64,000 nt of DNA, taken from Nemertoderma westbladi. Taxonomy: Eukaryota; Animalia; Xenacoelomorpha. Below are positions 47,731 through 61,577 of this stretch, in pieces. Position numbers and translations under genes: made by a program. How positions within the stretch are numbered: position 1 is the stretch's first letter; every line of letters starts with the position of its first letter. The notes beneath the pieces are model-generated. The model was given only the letters and a program-made list of their open reading frames with translations. It ran no database searches and was not told the origin of the DNA. Where the stretch lies: NCBI GenBank assembly GCA_032718475.1, contig JAUCBJ010008242.1:62001-126000 (forward strand), given 5' to 3'.

Positions 47731-50700
47731 GTAGGTAAGTCCCATAAACCAATATACACTCACTCTCACAACAGTCCCAAAATAAATCCAATATAGGTTA
47801 CCTGGTAAGTCCCATAAACCAATATACAGTCACTCTCACAACAGTCCCGAAATAAATCCAATATAGGTTACCTGGTAAGTTCCATAAACCAATATACATA
47901 CACTCACTCTCACAACAGTCCCAAAATAAGTCCAATATAGGTTACCTGGTAAGTTCCATAAACCAATATACACTCACTCCCACAACAGTCCCAAAATAGA
48001 TCCAATATAGGTTACCTGGTAAGTTCCATAAACCAATATACACTCACTCTCACAACAGTCCCGAAATAAATCCAATATAGGTTCTGGTAAGTCCCATATA
48101 CACTCACTCTCACAACAGTCCCAAAATAAATCCAATATAGGTTACCTGGTAAGTCCCATAAACCAATATACACTCACTCTCACAACAGTTCCAAAATAAA
48201 TCCAATATAGGTTACCTCGTAAGTCCCATAAACCAATATACACTCACTCTCACAACAGTCCCAAAATAAATCCAATATAGGTTACCTGGTAAGTTCCATA
48301 AACCAATATACACTCACTCTCACAACAGTCCCGAAATAAATCCAATATAGGTTACCTGGTAAGTCCCATAAACCAATATATACTCACTCTCACAACAGTC
48401 CCGAAATAAATCCAATATAGGTTACCTGGTAAGTCCCATAAACCAATATACACTCACTCTCACAACAGTCCCGAAATAAATCCAATATAGGTTACCTGGT
48501 AAGTCCCATAAACCAATATACACTCGCTCTCACAACAGTCCCAAAATAGATCCAATATAGGTTGCCTGGTAAGTTCCATAAACCAATATGCACTCACTCT
48601 CACAACAGTCCCAAAATAAATCCAATATAGGTTACCTGGTAAGTTCCATAAACCAATATACACTCACTCTCACAACAGTCCCAAAATAAATCCAATATAG
48701 GTTACCTGGTAAGTTCCATAAACCAATATACACTCACTCTCACAACAGTCACGAAATAAATCCAATATAGGTTACCTGGTAAGTCCCATAAACCAATATA
48801 CACTCACTCTCACAACAGTCCCAAAATAGATCCAATATAGGTTACCTGGTAAGTTCCATAAACCAATATACACTCACTCTCACAACAGTCCCGAAATAAA
48901 TCCAATATAGGTTACCTGGTAAGTCCCATAAACCAATATACAATCACTCTCACAACAGTCCTAAAATAGATCCAATATAGGTTACCTGGTAAGTGCCATA
49001 AACCAATATACACTCACTCTCACAACAGTCCCGAAATAAATCCAATATAGGTTCTGGTAAGTCCCATATACACTCTCTCTCACAACAGTCACAAAATAAA
49101 TCCAATATAGGTTAGCTGGTAAGTCCCATATACACTCACTCTCACAACAGTCCCAAAATAAATCAAATATAGGTTACCTGGTAAGTCCCATAAACCAATA
49201 TACACTCACTCTCACAACAGTCCCGAAATAAATCCAATATAGGTTACCTGGTAAGTCCCATAAACCAATATACACTCACTCTCACAACAGTCCCAAAATA
49301 AATCCAATATAGGTTACCTGGTAAGTCCCATAAACCAATATACACTCACTCTCACAACAGTCCCAAAATAGATCCAATATAGGTTACCTGGTAAGTTCCA
49401 TAAACCAATATACACTCACTCTCACAATAGTCCCAAAATAAATCCAATATAGGTTACCTGGTAAGTTCCATAAACCAATATACACTCACTCTCACAACAG
49501 TCCCGAAATAAATCCAATATAGGTTACCTGGTAAGACTCACTCTCACAACAGTCCCAAAATAAATCAAATATAGGTTACCTGGTAAGTCCCATAAACCAA
49601 TATACACTCACTCTCACAACAGTCCCGAAATAAATCCAATATAGGTTACCTGGTAAGTCCCATAAACCAATATACACTCACTCTCACAACAGTCCCGAAA
49701 TAAATCCAATATAGGTTACCTGGTAAGTCCCATAAACCAATATACACTCACTCTCACAACAGTCCCAAAATAGATCCAATATAGATTACCTGGTAAGTTC
49801 CATAAACCAATATACACTCACTCTCACAACAGTCCCGAAATAAATCCAATATAGGTTACCTGGTAAGTCCCATAAACCAATATACACTCACTCTCACAAC
49901 AGTCCCAAAATAAATCCAATATAGGTTACCTGGTAAGTCCCATAAACCAATATACACTCACTCTCACAACAGTCCCGAAATAAATCCAATATAGGTTACC
50001 TGGTAAGTCCCATAAACCAATATACACTCACTCTCACAACAGTCCCAAAATAAATCCAATATAGGTTACCTGGTAAGTCCCATATACACTCACTCTCACA
50101 ACAGTCCCAAAATAAATCCAATATAGGTTACCTGGTAAGTCCCATAAACCAATATACACTCACTCTCACAACAGTCCCGAAATAAATCCAATATAGGTTA
50201 ACTGGTAAGTTCCATAAACCAATATACACTCACTCTCACAACAGTCCCAAAATAAATCAAATATAGGTTACCTGGTAAGTCCCATAAACCAATATACACT
50301 CACTCTCACAACAGTCCCAAAATAAATCAAATGTAGGTTACCTGGTAAGTCCCATAAACCAATATACACTCACTCTCACAACAGTCCCAAAATAAATCCA
50401 ATATAGGTTACCTGGTAAGTCCCATAAACCAATATACACTCACTCTCACAACAGTCCCGAAATAAATCCAATATAGGTTAACTGGTAAGTTCCATAAACC
50501 AATATACACTCACTCTCACAACAGTCCCAAAATAAATCAAATATAGGTTACCTGGTAAGTCCCATAAACCAATATACACTCACTCTCACAACAGTCCCAA
50601 AATAAATCAAATATAGGTTACCTGGTAAGTCCCATAAACCAATATACACTCACTCTCATAACAGTCCCAAAATAAATCCAATATAGGTTACCTGGTAAGT

Positions 50701-53641
50701 CCCATATACACTCACTCTCACAACAGTCCCAAAATAAATCCAATATAGGTTACCTGGTAAGTCCCATAAACCAATATACACTCACTCTCACAACAGTCCC
50801 GAAATAAATCAAATATAGGTTACCTGGTAAGTTCCATATACACTCACTCTCACAACAGTCCCAAAATAAATCCAATATAGGTTACCTGGTAAGTCCCATA
50901 AACCAATATACACTCACTCTCACAACAGTCCCGAAATAAATCCAATATAGGTTACCTGGTAAGTCCCATAAACCAATATACACTCACTCTCACAACAGTC
51001 CCAAAATAAATCCAATATAGGTTACCTGGTAAGTCCCATAAACCAATATACACTCACTCTCACAACAGTCCCGAAATAAATCCAATATAGGTTACCTGGT
51101 AAGTCCCATAAACCAATATACACTCGCTCTCACAACAGTCCCAAAATAGATCCAATATAGGTTGCCTGGTAAGTTCCATAAACCAATATGCACTCACTCT
51201 CACAACAGTCCCAAAATAAATCCAATATAGGTTACCTGGTAAGTTCCATAAACCAATATACACTCACTCTCAGAACAGTCCCAAAATAAATCCAATATAA
51301 GTTACCTGGTAAGTCCCATAAACCAATATACACTCACTGTCACAACAGTCCCGAAATAAATCCAATATAAGTTACCTGGTAAGTCCCATAAACCAATATA
51401 CACTCACTCTCACAACAGTCCCAAAATAAATCCAATATAGGTTACCTGGTAAGTCCCATAAACCAATATACACTCACTCTCACAACAGTCCCAAAATAAA
51501 TCCAATATAGGTTACCTGGTAAGTCCCATAAACCAATATACACTCACTCTCACAACAGTCCCAAAATAAATCCAATATAGGTTACCTGGTAAGTCCCATA
51601 AACCAATATACACTCACTCTCACAACAGTCCCAAAATAAATCCAATATAGGTTACCTGGTAAGTCCCATATACACTCACTCTCACAACAGTCCCAAAATA
51701 AACCCAATATAGGTTACCTGGTAAGTCCCATAAACCAATATACACTCACTCTCACAACAGTCCGAAAATAAATCCAATATAGGTTACCTGGTAAGTCCTA
51801 TAAACCAATATACACTCACTCTCACAACAGTCCCAAAATAAATCCAATATAGGTTACCTGGTAAGTCCCATAAACCAATATACACTCACTCTCACAACAG
51901 TCCCAAAATAAATCCAATATAGGTTACCTGGTAAGTCCCATATACACTCACTCTCACAACAGTCCCAAAATAAATCCAATATAGGTTACCTGGTAAGTTC
52001 CATAAACCAATATACACTCACTCTCACAACAGTCCCAAAATAAATCCAATATAGGTTACCTGGTAAGTCCCATAAACCAATATACACTCACTCTCACAAC
52101 AGTCCCAAAATAAATCCAATATAGGTTACCTGGTAAGTCCCATAAACCAATATACACTCACTCTCACAACAGTCCCAAAATAAATCCAATATAGGTTACC
52201 TGGTAAGTCCCATATACACTCACTCTCACAACAGTCCCAAAATAAATCAAATATAGGTTACCTGGTAAGTCCCATATACACTCACTCTCACAACAGTCCC
52301 AAAATAAATCCAATATAGGTTACCTGGTAAGTCCAATATACACTCACTCTCACAACAGTCCCAAAATAAATCCAATATAGGTTACCTGGTAAGTCCCATA
52401 TACACTCACTCTCACAACAGTCCCAAAATAAACCCAATATAGGTTACCTGGTAAGTCCCATAAACCAATATACACTCACTCTCACAACAGTCCCAAAATA
52501 AATCCAATATAGGTTACCTGGTAAGTCCCATAAACCAATATACACTCACTCTCACAACAGTCCCAAAATAAATCCAATATAGGTTACCTGGTAAGTCCCA
52601 TATACACTCACTCTCACAACAGTCCCAAAATAAACCCAATATAGGTTACCTGGTAAGTCCCATAAACCAATATACACTCACTCTCACAACAGTCCCAAAA
52701 TAAATCCAATATAGGTTACCTGGTAAGTCCCATAAACCAATATACACTCACTCTCACAACAGTCCCAAAATAAATCCAATATAGGTTACCTGGTAAGTCC
52801 CATAAACCAATATACACTCACTGTCACAACAGTCCCGAAATAAATCCAATATAGGTTATCTGGTAAGTCCCATAAACCAATATACACTCACTCTCACAAC
52901 AGTCCCGAAATAAATCCAATATAGGTTACCTGGTAAGTCCCATAAACCAATATACCCTCACTCTCACAACAGTCCCAAAATAAATCCAATACAGGTTACC
53001 TGGTAAGTCCCATAAACCAATATACACTCACTCTCACAACAGTCCCGAAATAAATCCAATATAGGTTACCTGGTAAGTTCCATAAACTAATATACACTCA
53101 CTCTCACAACAGTCCCGAAATAAATCCAATATAGGTTACCTGGTAAGTCCCATAAACCAATATACACTCACTCTCACAACAGTCCCAAAATAAATCCAAT
53201 ATAGGTTACCTGGTAAGTCCCATAAACCAATATACACTCACTGTCACAACAGTCCCGAAATAAATCCAATATAGGTTACCTGGTAAGTCCCATAAACCAA
53301 TATACACTCACTCTCACAACAGTCCCGAAATAAATCCAATATAGGTTACCTGGTAAGTCCCATAAACCAATATACACTCACTCTCACAACAGTCCCGAAA
53401 TAAATCCAATATAGGTTACCTGGTAAGTCCCATAAACCAATATACACTCACTCTCACAACAGTCCCAAAATAAATCCAATATAGGTTACCTGGTAAGTCC
53501 CATAAACCAATATACACTCACTCTCACAACAGTCCCAAAATAAATCCAATATAGGTTACCTGGTAAGTCCCATAAACCAATATACACTCACTCTCACAAC
53601 AGTCCCAAAATAGATCCAATATAGGTTACCTGGTAAGTTCC
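47731..53641. repeat. 60-bp tandem satellite (~100 copies, with 51-bp variants) in intron 3 of the transporter gene
   Basis: Unit cacaacagtcccaaaataaatccaatataggttacctggtaagtcccataaaccaatatacactcactct; the last unit overlaps the end of exon 3. Confidence 0.98.
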
Positions 53642-53747
53642 TGCATCCAAATTTGAAGTAGCAACAAACTGTAACAAGTTTTGCACCGTGTAAATAAAGG
53701 AAGGGACTATCATTTTCAGTGTTTCTACTTTGTTTTCAACTATGGAT
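53630..53747 (-). CDS. SLC35A2/A3-like transporter exon 3
   Basis: ttacag| ...ETLKMIVPSFIYTVQNLLQFVATSNLDAGTYQ |gtaacc. Confidence 0.93.
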
Positions 53748-54371
53748 CTGTAACGAAAAATTAATAGGAAAAGTGATATTTGTATAAATACTGGTAGAAT
53801 CAGTAACTAGTTATCTTTAGCAACTAGAAACTGTTCTAAGTGTAACTCCTCTGGTAATATTATCACTATACAACATCACTACCGAACCTTGCAGACAATA
53901 AAGGCACCCCTCAATCGCAATCATTTATAAAACTATATAACATTCATCCCTTCGCCTTTGTTAGTTGCAGGTTTTTTAAAGAAGACTGCGAACTGACTTT
54001 TACAATGCAATTTTACATTTACGATTACTGCTTTAATAAAAATATACCTGGACCGGTTTGTTTTATTCCGTTTTAAAATATTAATTTATTTTATGACGAT
54101 GTACAAAACTTAATTGAGTAATCTAGTACTTTAGTATAATATCAATTACTCCTATCTATCACAATAATCGCTGGGCTCGCAAAACAACTCACACTGTAAT
54201 CAAATAAAATGAAAAATTAACCATAATTAAGAAAATATTTAAATGATTCAATTATTGCTGTAAGAAAGCGGTAACATTTGGCGGTAAGTGAGAGATATAT
54301 TTCTCCATAATGAAATTAAACTCATATTATTGAATGAATCTCTTCAATATTTATTTAAAAAGGTAACTCAC

Positions 54372-54594
54372 CTGCGTAAACTATTAGAAAATCCAGCGAA
54401 GCTTCTTTCTTCATAACATAAAATGATAGCTAAGCATATTATAAGTTTAGTAAGTTCGTAACACAGTACAGCTGTAGTGCTGTAATACATGGGGCCTTCC
54501 TGCGTACGTGAGTAACGCATTAAAACAATAAGCGACGCGTTCTGAACCGTGAGTAATACTAAACTCGAGTATTTAACGAGTCCTGGGGATTCAT
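54372..54594 (-). CDS. SLC35A2/A3-like transporter exon 2
   Basis: atgcag| ...LVKYSSLVLLTVQNASLIVLMRYSRT...STTAVLCYELTKL... AG|gtgagt. Confidence 0.92.
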
Positions 54595-54852
54595 CTGCAT
54601 AGAAAAAGGTTGCAATGAAATAAAAGGAAAGGTAATTAAAAATATTATATTATATTTAATATCGGAGCAGGTAATTGTAAAAAACCCTAGCGGGAGTGGG
54701 GAGAGGTATAACATGTATAAGGTTTAACACATAAACTGCTGATCTGTTAGTAACATAAATTATTTTTTCTTCATTGACGTACGTCATCACGATAAGAGAT
54801 ACAAATTAATTTTAAATAGGCGCTTTATGATCATGTTATTACTTCAGATAGA

Positions 54853-55042
54853 GGCGCACATTGACCGCAAGTGAAAATAGTGATCTTCAGCGCAAATTGA
54901 CCGCAAGTGAAATGACGTATAGTTTATTGTTTTGGTTTGAAAACACCGCCATTGTAACCTGCTCCTTTCCCTTAATGTTTTAAATTAAATTAATTGTTCA
55001 AACCCACTGAAACTTATTTTGTGTTTGCGGTCATTTTGCGCC
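54853..55042. mobile_element. Small inverted-repeat element (MITE-like)
   Basis: ggcgcacattgaccgcaa ... ttgcggtcattttgcgcc imperfect TIR; no clear TSD. Confidence 0.55.
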
Positions 55043-55211
55043 ATTGACACTATTAGATACCTTCCGCTACTAATTAAACGTATTTAAACCGATCGCGATC
55101 GGGAATAATTTGTTCGGTATATGAAACTTTTTATTTTGGACATTTTTTGCTGTTATAAACATCTAGATATTGATACATTTTCAATTTTTTTGTGAAAACC
55201 AGTGTACCAAT

Positions 55212-56517
55212 CAGGGATCGTACGGTACTACCGCTACCGCAAATACCGCGCTTTTTACTACCGCTACCGCAAATGCCAACTACTGTGGTATTTGTGGTAG
55301 TTGGTAATTAGTAAATTTAACCCCCCTCAGTGTATTCTTACCCCCATGATATTTTAAATTTCAATATATTTTAAATTCGATATAAGCCAACAGTTAAGAC
55401 CACAGATACCTCTAATACACAGACAAACACACACTGGAGATTTGTATATAGTAAAGTAGGCCGGCCTACTGTAGAAGATACAAAAAAATACACCGAGAGT
55501 GAGAATAGGGGAATTTAACCGGGGATGGATTTGTACAGAGTGAAAATTGATAAATGCAGGGGTGAGTTTTCACTGGAGGGGGATAAAATAGGGTAGGTGT
55601 AAAACGCGGATCCGGATTCCAAAATTATCAATTAAGGGAAAGGAGCAGGTTACAGTGGCACGTTAATTTAACCAAAACAATAAACTAAAGTCAATAGAAC
55701 AGGTTATAGTTTTATTTTTGGGAGTTATAAAAATGTAAAAAAAATCGACTTCCGTAGGGACAATGTTAAATGTAGAATCCGGATCCGCGTTTTACTCTGA
55801 CCCGATAAAATACGCTAGGGAAATTACACCCCGGGAGCGTATTGCCAATCCTTACACTACTAACTAGGGAAATTACACCCCGGGAGCGTATTGCCAATCC
55901 TTACACTACTAACTAGGGAATTTTAACCGGGGGTGATTTTGTATGGGGAGTGAAAATTATCTGTTACACCGGTACCTAAGAAGTAAAACTTTTACTGTAA
56001 ACTGTGTTCCTAAATTAAGTTGAAGTTCCTATCAATCATATGTCATAACAGGCTGAAACAGCAGCAATAGTAATAGTCAAATTATTTGAAATCGTCAAAT
56101 AATTTTCTAAAATAATAATCCTGATTTCGAATAACTATAAAATTAATAAGACATAAATTTTTGATGATACCAAAATATTACAAAACTTTTTTCGTATCAT
56201 ATCGCATTTTCTTACAATCACATTAATATCACATTGTATCCTTTATTTATACCTTTAAAAAAAATCACCATATATGCAAAATAAACGTTCAACCATCGTT
56301 ACAGCAGTTACACATTAAATAAAAAAAATTGATTCGTATTGTATCGTATTTTTCTGTCAACAAAAACAAAGATAAATTAAAAAAAAACAATTCAAGCAAA
56401 CGATATACCAAAAATAAACGCCACACTTTAAAAAAAATCATCAAAAAGGTGAGCCTCTAACTTCATTAATAACAGCTACAATTTTTGCTGCCGCAAAAAG
56501 TAACCTTACGATCCCTG
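55212..56517. mobile_element. Non-autonomous hAT-like element with nested inserts
   Basis: TIR CAGGGATCGTA / TACGATCCCTG; perfect 8-bp TSD GTACCAAT (55204-55211 / 56518-56525). Confidence 0.88.
55591..55803. mobile_element. Mutator-like (MULE) MITE
   Basis: ~29-bp TIR gggtaggtgtaaaacgcggatccggattc / gaatccggatccgcgttttactctgaccc; perfect 9-bp TSD GATAAAATA. Confidence 0.88.
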
Positions 56518-56833
56518 GTACCAATCAAAATGGTTGCGGAATGGTCCGTGAAAAGGAGTGTAGCCCTGAGTGTAGGCCCATGTTAAACAATCGGATGCAC
56601 ACTTTCGCTACGACTGACACGCCACTACCGGTACTATAACATTGGAGCTTGTTTTTAAGCTTCCCCACACCCAAACCATAACTAAAATCAAAATATGTAT
56701 TATTAAATTATGGTAAACCAGATCGACTAGATGATATGTCAGTATGTAGTTGAGGAGTGATAACTTCAGTACCATTCGGTGATTCATTTTGTTGAATACC
56801 GGTCTGACGGTCCGGTATGAAAGTAAGATATAC

Positions 56834-56906
56834 CTTTTGTAGGTCCAACATCATCGTTTCTTCCCGGATAGCTGGACAGATTATCCAAGGATTTCATTTT
56901 AGACAT
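56834..56906 (-). CDS. SLC35A-family nucleotide-sugar (UDP-Gal/UDP-GlcNAc-type) transporter, probable exon 1
   Basis: ATG MSKMKSLDNL...PTK G|gtatat; phase 1 fits exon 2; not conserved enough to verify by homology. Confidence 0.6.
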
Positions 56907-58925
56907 CGTTGTTATTTAGAGAATCCAAAGTTACTCTGTTAGCGGACAAGGTTATTATCGCAGAGTCAGTCCGCCCTCGTTATGTCTATGGCGCTACGGC
57001 TGTGCAGAATTCAGACTATTCGTTGATACCGGTATCGAAAATCCTAAGAGTTTCGCCACACCAACAACAGAACAACCGCAGAATAATAATATTATATAAA
57101 TATTTTTGAAATTCCCACTCAACATTTACAATGATACAACAATATCTGCCTATTGACCAATCAGCGATCACCCAAAGGACATTCAAATTGTGCATTTTTT
57201 TAAATATCAAATTTGCATTTTGTTAATATTTATTTTTATATTTGTATATCATTTTTATTATCTCATTTGACGATAAGAGAAATGTAGAAGAAAATGTATT
57301 TAAACTAAAATTAAAAAGTATGCAACTAAAAGTACTTGTTCTCTAACAGTTTCGCCAACATATCAATATACTTACAATAGATAAAACAAACAATGCCCTA
57401 TAAATCAATATTGAATCATAGAATACTGTATGTATGTTACTGAATATATATACTGTAGCATCTCCAAACGCCAACGCTGCGCCAACATAGTACCATATGT
57501 TACCATTGAAATACAATCTAATGTTGAGGGAATCTGAATTGAGAAGTGGATGTGGGGGTATTGTGTAGGGGGGGGGGGGGGGGGGGGGGGGGGGTTGGAA
57601 GCACATACATTATACAAAATAACTGAACAATGGACACATACTTTAGTATTTTAGACATTTTTTTCCATTTTTTTTAAATACTGGTTTATTTAACACTTTC
57701 GATATTAAACTCTTGTTTATTTTTTCCTGAAAGGGACCGGGTAGGAGAGGGTGTGGTGCTACACGTCACTGTATTTTGATGAGACCTACTGTATATCATC
57801 ATGTACATCATATTATATTAATAATTATACCCTCAATTTTATAATATATCGCATTTAATGAATTAAACAATATAAATAAAAAATATTAGCATCCTTTGTG
57901 CGGGGGGGCGATCCACGATGTAAGGTAAGCCTTAGCGTAGGGGTATCATTAATCAACCTGTCGATCTGTAGATTCGCATATTTGCATATTTTATTATATT
58001 TCTTTATGTTGATTTGTTTAATTATTTATTATATTTTATCGCATATTTTAATAACTCGGCCAATACGCGATGAAATTACACATCTAGTCAGGCAAAAGTT
58101 GAGAAATTTTCCAATTATAATTTACGTGTGACCTTCGGGAAGCTAAGATAAAAGCAGTTAATTATGTTAATTCGGTAAAAAGCGTTATTTCCATCGTGTC
58201 CTTTCATGGAAATTAAATATTTCCAACTACAAGTAAGATTAAATTAATTGTAGATAATTGTATTAAAAATTATACAACTAGAATCCCCATTCCATCATAG
58301 TTTTTAATTATTTCAAGTGATTTGCTTTAAGAAATGTGTTTTTAATTGATCTAAACATAAATAACATGGTACCAAAATTTGATACTTCTTAGTTATTGGT
58401 CACTTTAATGTAGAAATTCCAGAAATCAAACAAGTAGACCCCCATAGCTTTGGGATTTTTTTACCAACACAATCAACAAAGGTAATTTCCATGAGGCTAT
58501 AATTTCAAACCGGATTAAATTCTACCCATATTGAACGAAGTTATACCAGTTTATTTTTTGTCATCACTTCACGGTATTTGTTCAACTGTCCCCAGTTTGG
58601 GAGATAGACTTGTATTGGTGACCTTACAATTGCCTCCTTATTAACAGGGTAAATTACTTTAATAATATTTCAATATCATTAAATACATACATCGTGGTAT
58701 AAGCGTGGTGTTTCGTTTTGTATCAATCATGGAGAGTTTCACATTTTTGCTTTCCAGTATGCCATTCATAAATGGGAAAATTTTACATTTATGAACGGAC
58801 CCTCAGGGAATTTATGTATGTTTTAGCGCCCAAATCGAAATATTTAACAAATCCATATATTAATTATTATTTCTGCGAAAACATAATGAAATATTAGACT
58901 TTTAGCACAACATCGAACAATATCC

Positions 58926-59639
58926 CTAAGTTGGACTATATGAATTCGCTTTGTGTTTAGGTTGAAATTGGAAGGTTTCTGGAACCTTTCCGAGAATAAG
59001 TTCTGTAATTTTAATCCAATCAGCGCAGTTTGTGCTGGAAAATAGAGTTTCTAGATGATCTCTACCGATAAACGGAGGCGGACGAAGGTTCAGTCGCTGT
59101 GGTTGTTCTAGAATACCAACGGGAATATATCGGTGTAGGAAGGACAACCATTCCAAAAGGAATCTCCGCGTTCTCTCGACACCTTGGGCGTCGGAGCCCC
59201 AATGCTCCAACCCGTAGTTACAGAAACGACGCAGAATATCCAGTCGTTCGCTCGAGGAAATATCCCAACTGCGTTGCTCCTTAATCTCGGTGAATATCCA
59301 GGGTTTAACGAGCGCCCCTCGTCCGATCATGCAGCCCGCGACCCGGCTGGAGGCGACCCGGGCCACGTCCGCGTACCCGAACACGTCCCCGCACCCGAGT
59401 ACCGGCATGTCCCCGGCCGCGAGCGCGCAGCTCTCCAGGTAGTCCCAGTCCGCGGTGTGCGTGTATCGCGCCTCGCGGGAACGACCGTGCACCGCTCCCA
59501 TCGCCGCGCCGTACTCCCGACACAACGGGAGCAGTTGGTGGGCCGTGTTACGGGATGTTTCCACTCCGGTTCGCATCTTTACCGTCACCGGAACGTCGAG
59601 AACCGAAGTCAACCCGAGGAGAATTCCTTTCAATTTCCG
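58926..59639 (-). CDS. DUS3L: DUS3-like exon 2 (spliced total ~753 aa)
   Basis: ttgcag| RKLKG...PVTVKMRTG, HGRSREARYT, MIGRGALVKPWIFTEIKE, GLEHWGSD, FQPKHKANSY. Confidence 0.95.
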   Translation of the reverse strand, partial: RKLKGILLGLTSVLDVPVTVKMRTGVETSRNTAHQLLPLCREYGAAMGAVHGRSREARYTHTADWDYLESCALAAGDMPVLGCGDVFGYADVARVASSRVAGCMIGRGALVKPWIFTEIKEQRSWDISSSERLDILRRFCNYGLEHWGSDAQGVERTRRFLLEWLSFLHRYIPVGILEQPQRLNLRPPPFIGRDHLETLFSSTNCADWIKITELILGKVPETFQFQPKHKANSYSPT

Positions 59640-59845
59640 CTGCAAATAACAAACTAATTAATAGAAACAACTAGAATAACAGTTTATAAGTAATTTTACT
59701 CTTATTGGGCGGAAACCCTCCGGGTATCCGAGTGGCTAATGGAACTCACATATCGTCTATTTTATCTTTACGGATTTGCCCCCCCCCCCCCCTCCCACAA
59801 TTTTTCTTTCTACCCATTAATGTAATACTATTAGTTTAAACGAAC

Positions 59846-61393
59846 CTTCCGCTTCATCAGAGCGCAACCGCCGCCTCTATTGAAGACGCTGTCGATCGGA
59901 CAGCCCATATTAACATCGACGAAATCGACATCGACTTCGTTAGCGATAAGCTCCGCGCACCGACTCATTGCGTCGGGGTGTTCTCCCTCTATCTGCACCC
60001 CGAAGACATCCTCGGTAGAGTGCCGCCTCAGTAGCGCCCACTCCGAGAGTTGTCCCGCCAGCAGACAGTGCGACATGGCCATCTCCCCGCAGGTGATGTC
60101 GGCACCGAACTCCTTACAGAGACGACGGAATGGCAGGTTACCCACCGTGGTTAAAGGGGCCAAATACAACTTGTTACGGAAGTCAATGTGTTTAACTTGG
60201 TCCCGTTGGCAACCACGTTTGTTACCAAGGTAACTACGAGTTGGTGGACCATCTAGTCTGTTGGACTCAACTTCGTGCATGACAGACTTCCCTTCCTTAA
60301 CGACTATATTAGTAACCGCCGTCGCATCAATCATAAAATTATCTGTATTAGCATCACTCACAATATTAGCCGTATTACCATCAGTCACAATATTAGCTGT
60401 ATTAGCATCATTCACATAATTAGCCGTATTAGCATCAGTCACAGAATTAGCCGTATTAGCATCGTGCACAGAATTAGCCGCATTAGCATCACTCACACTA
60501 TTAGCCGTATTAGCATCAGTTGCAGAATTAGCTGTATTAGCATCACTCACATTATCAGCATTAGTTACAGAATTAGCTGTATTAGCATCAGTCACAATAT
60601 TAGCTGTATTAGCATCAGTCACAGAATTAGCCGTGTTGGCATCAGTTGCAGAATTAGCCGTATTAGCATCACTGCTATCGATAGGTACAACACCTGCGTT
60701 GGGCGCACTATCGCCATCCGTAACTATGGATTCCTCGCCCAATATCCGCCTCCACTCAACCATAAATTCATCCGATTTCGGGAACTGGTATTTCCGTTTC
60801 CACAACTGAATTTGTACAGATTTCTTTAAATTATTTGTGACTCCCGATACTTTGCCACTTTTACTCACATCGAAGATTTGAACGAGTGTAGCGGGGTCCG
60901 TGTGCGACTTGGCGAACCTGCAGGTAATTCCGTATTTACATAATCCCGTTTTACTATAAAATGGACAACGGCCCTCCAAGTCTTGCGGTTTGGAATTCCA
61001 GTAGGTTTTAACGTCGTGCGAATATTTGCATTTTTCCCCGAAGTTACATCGCTCTGGGTTCTCCAACACGTATGAATAACATAAACTCAGCTCCTCAACC
61101 TTCCCAGTCCTCGGACGGTGTTTATTTTGTCCCCTAATCCGTTTCCTAGGCGGCGATGCCTTGGAAACTCCCTCCACAGTTTGACCTTCAGACTCTGACT
61201 TTGCCAGAGACTTTGCGTAGTTTCGACAGGCCGGCAGTTCTGTGTAATTGACGTATTGACGTAGAATTCTCGCCTGGCCGGGGGCGTTAAGGGCAGTTTC
61301 AATTAAATCAATCGGCATCCATGTAGGAGGCTCTTGTCGTTCCGGCTCTAATCCAACGCAATCCCCATCACTTATACCTTCAATGTCGGCCAT
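59846..61393 (-). CDS. DUS3L: tRNA-dihydrouridine(47) synthase DUS3-like, exon 1
   Basis: RGQNKHRP, two CCCH fingers ([11 protein letters not shown]; CP...[13 protein letters not shown]), [29 protein letters not shown]; ends AAG|gttcgt. Confidence 0.95.
60320..60675 (-). repeat. 27-bp coding minisatellite (DANTANSVT, ~12 copies) inside DUS3L
   Basis: Repeats of acagaattagccgtattagcatcagtc; frame preserved. Confidence 0.95.
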
Positions 61394-61577
61394 GGTTCCG
61401 GTGGACAGCCGAAAACGCAAACGGAAATTATAGTAAATAAGAAGCGAAGCCTAACCCACAACGCCACAAGTAAAGTAACCTAACTGCTTTTAAATTTCCC
61501 GCCTAACTAACAAGTAAAATTACAATTGCAATTATTGAGCACTGGAATAACATTGAAATTATAAAATAACAACATAG

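Noticed and set aside
47731-53641. CRISPR array or coding repeat (ORFs 48460-48663 and 51060-51263)
   Set aside because: Head-to-tail repeats without spacers; the ORFs arise only where variants remove stops
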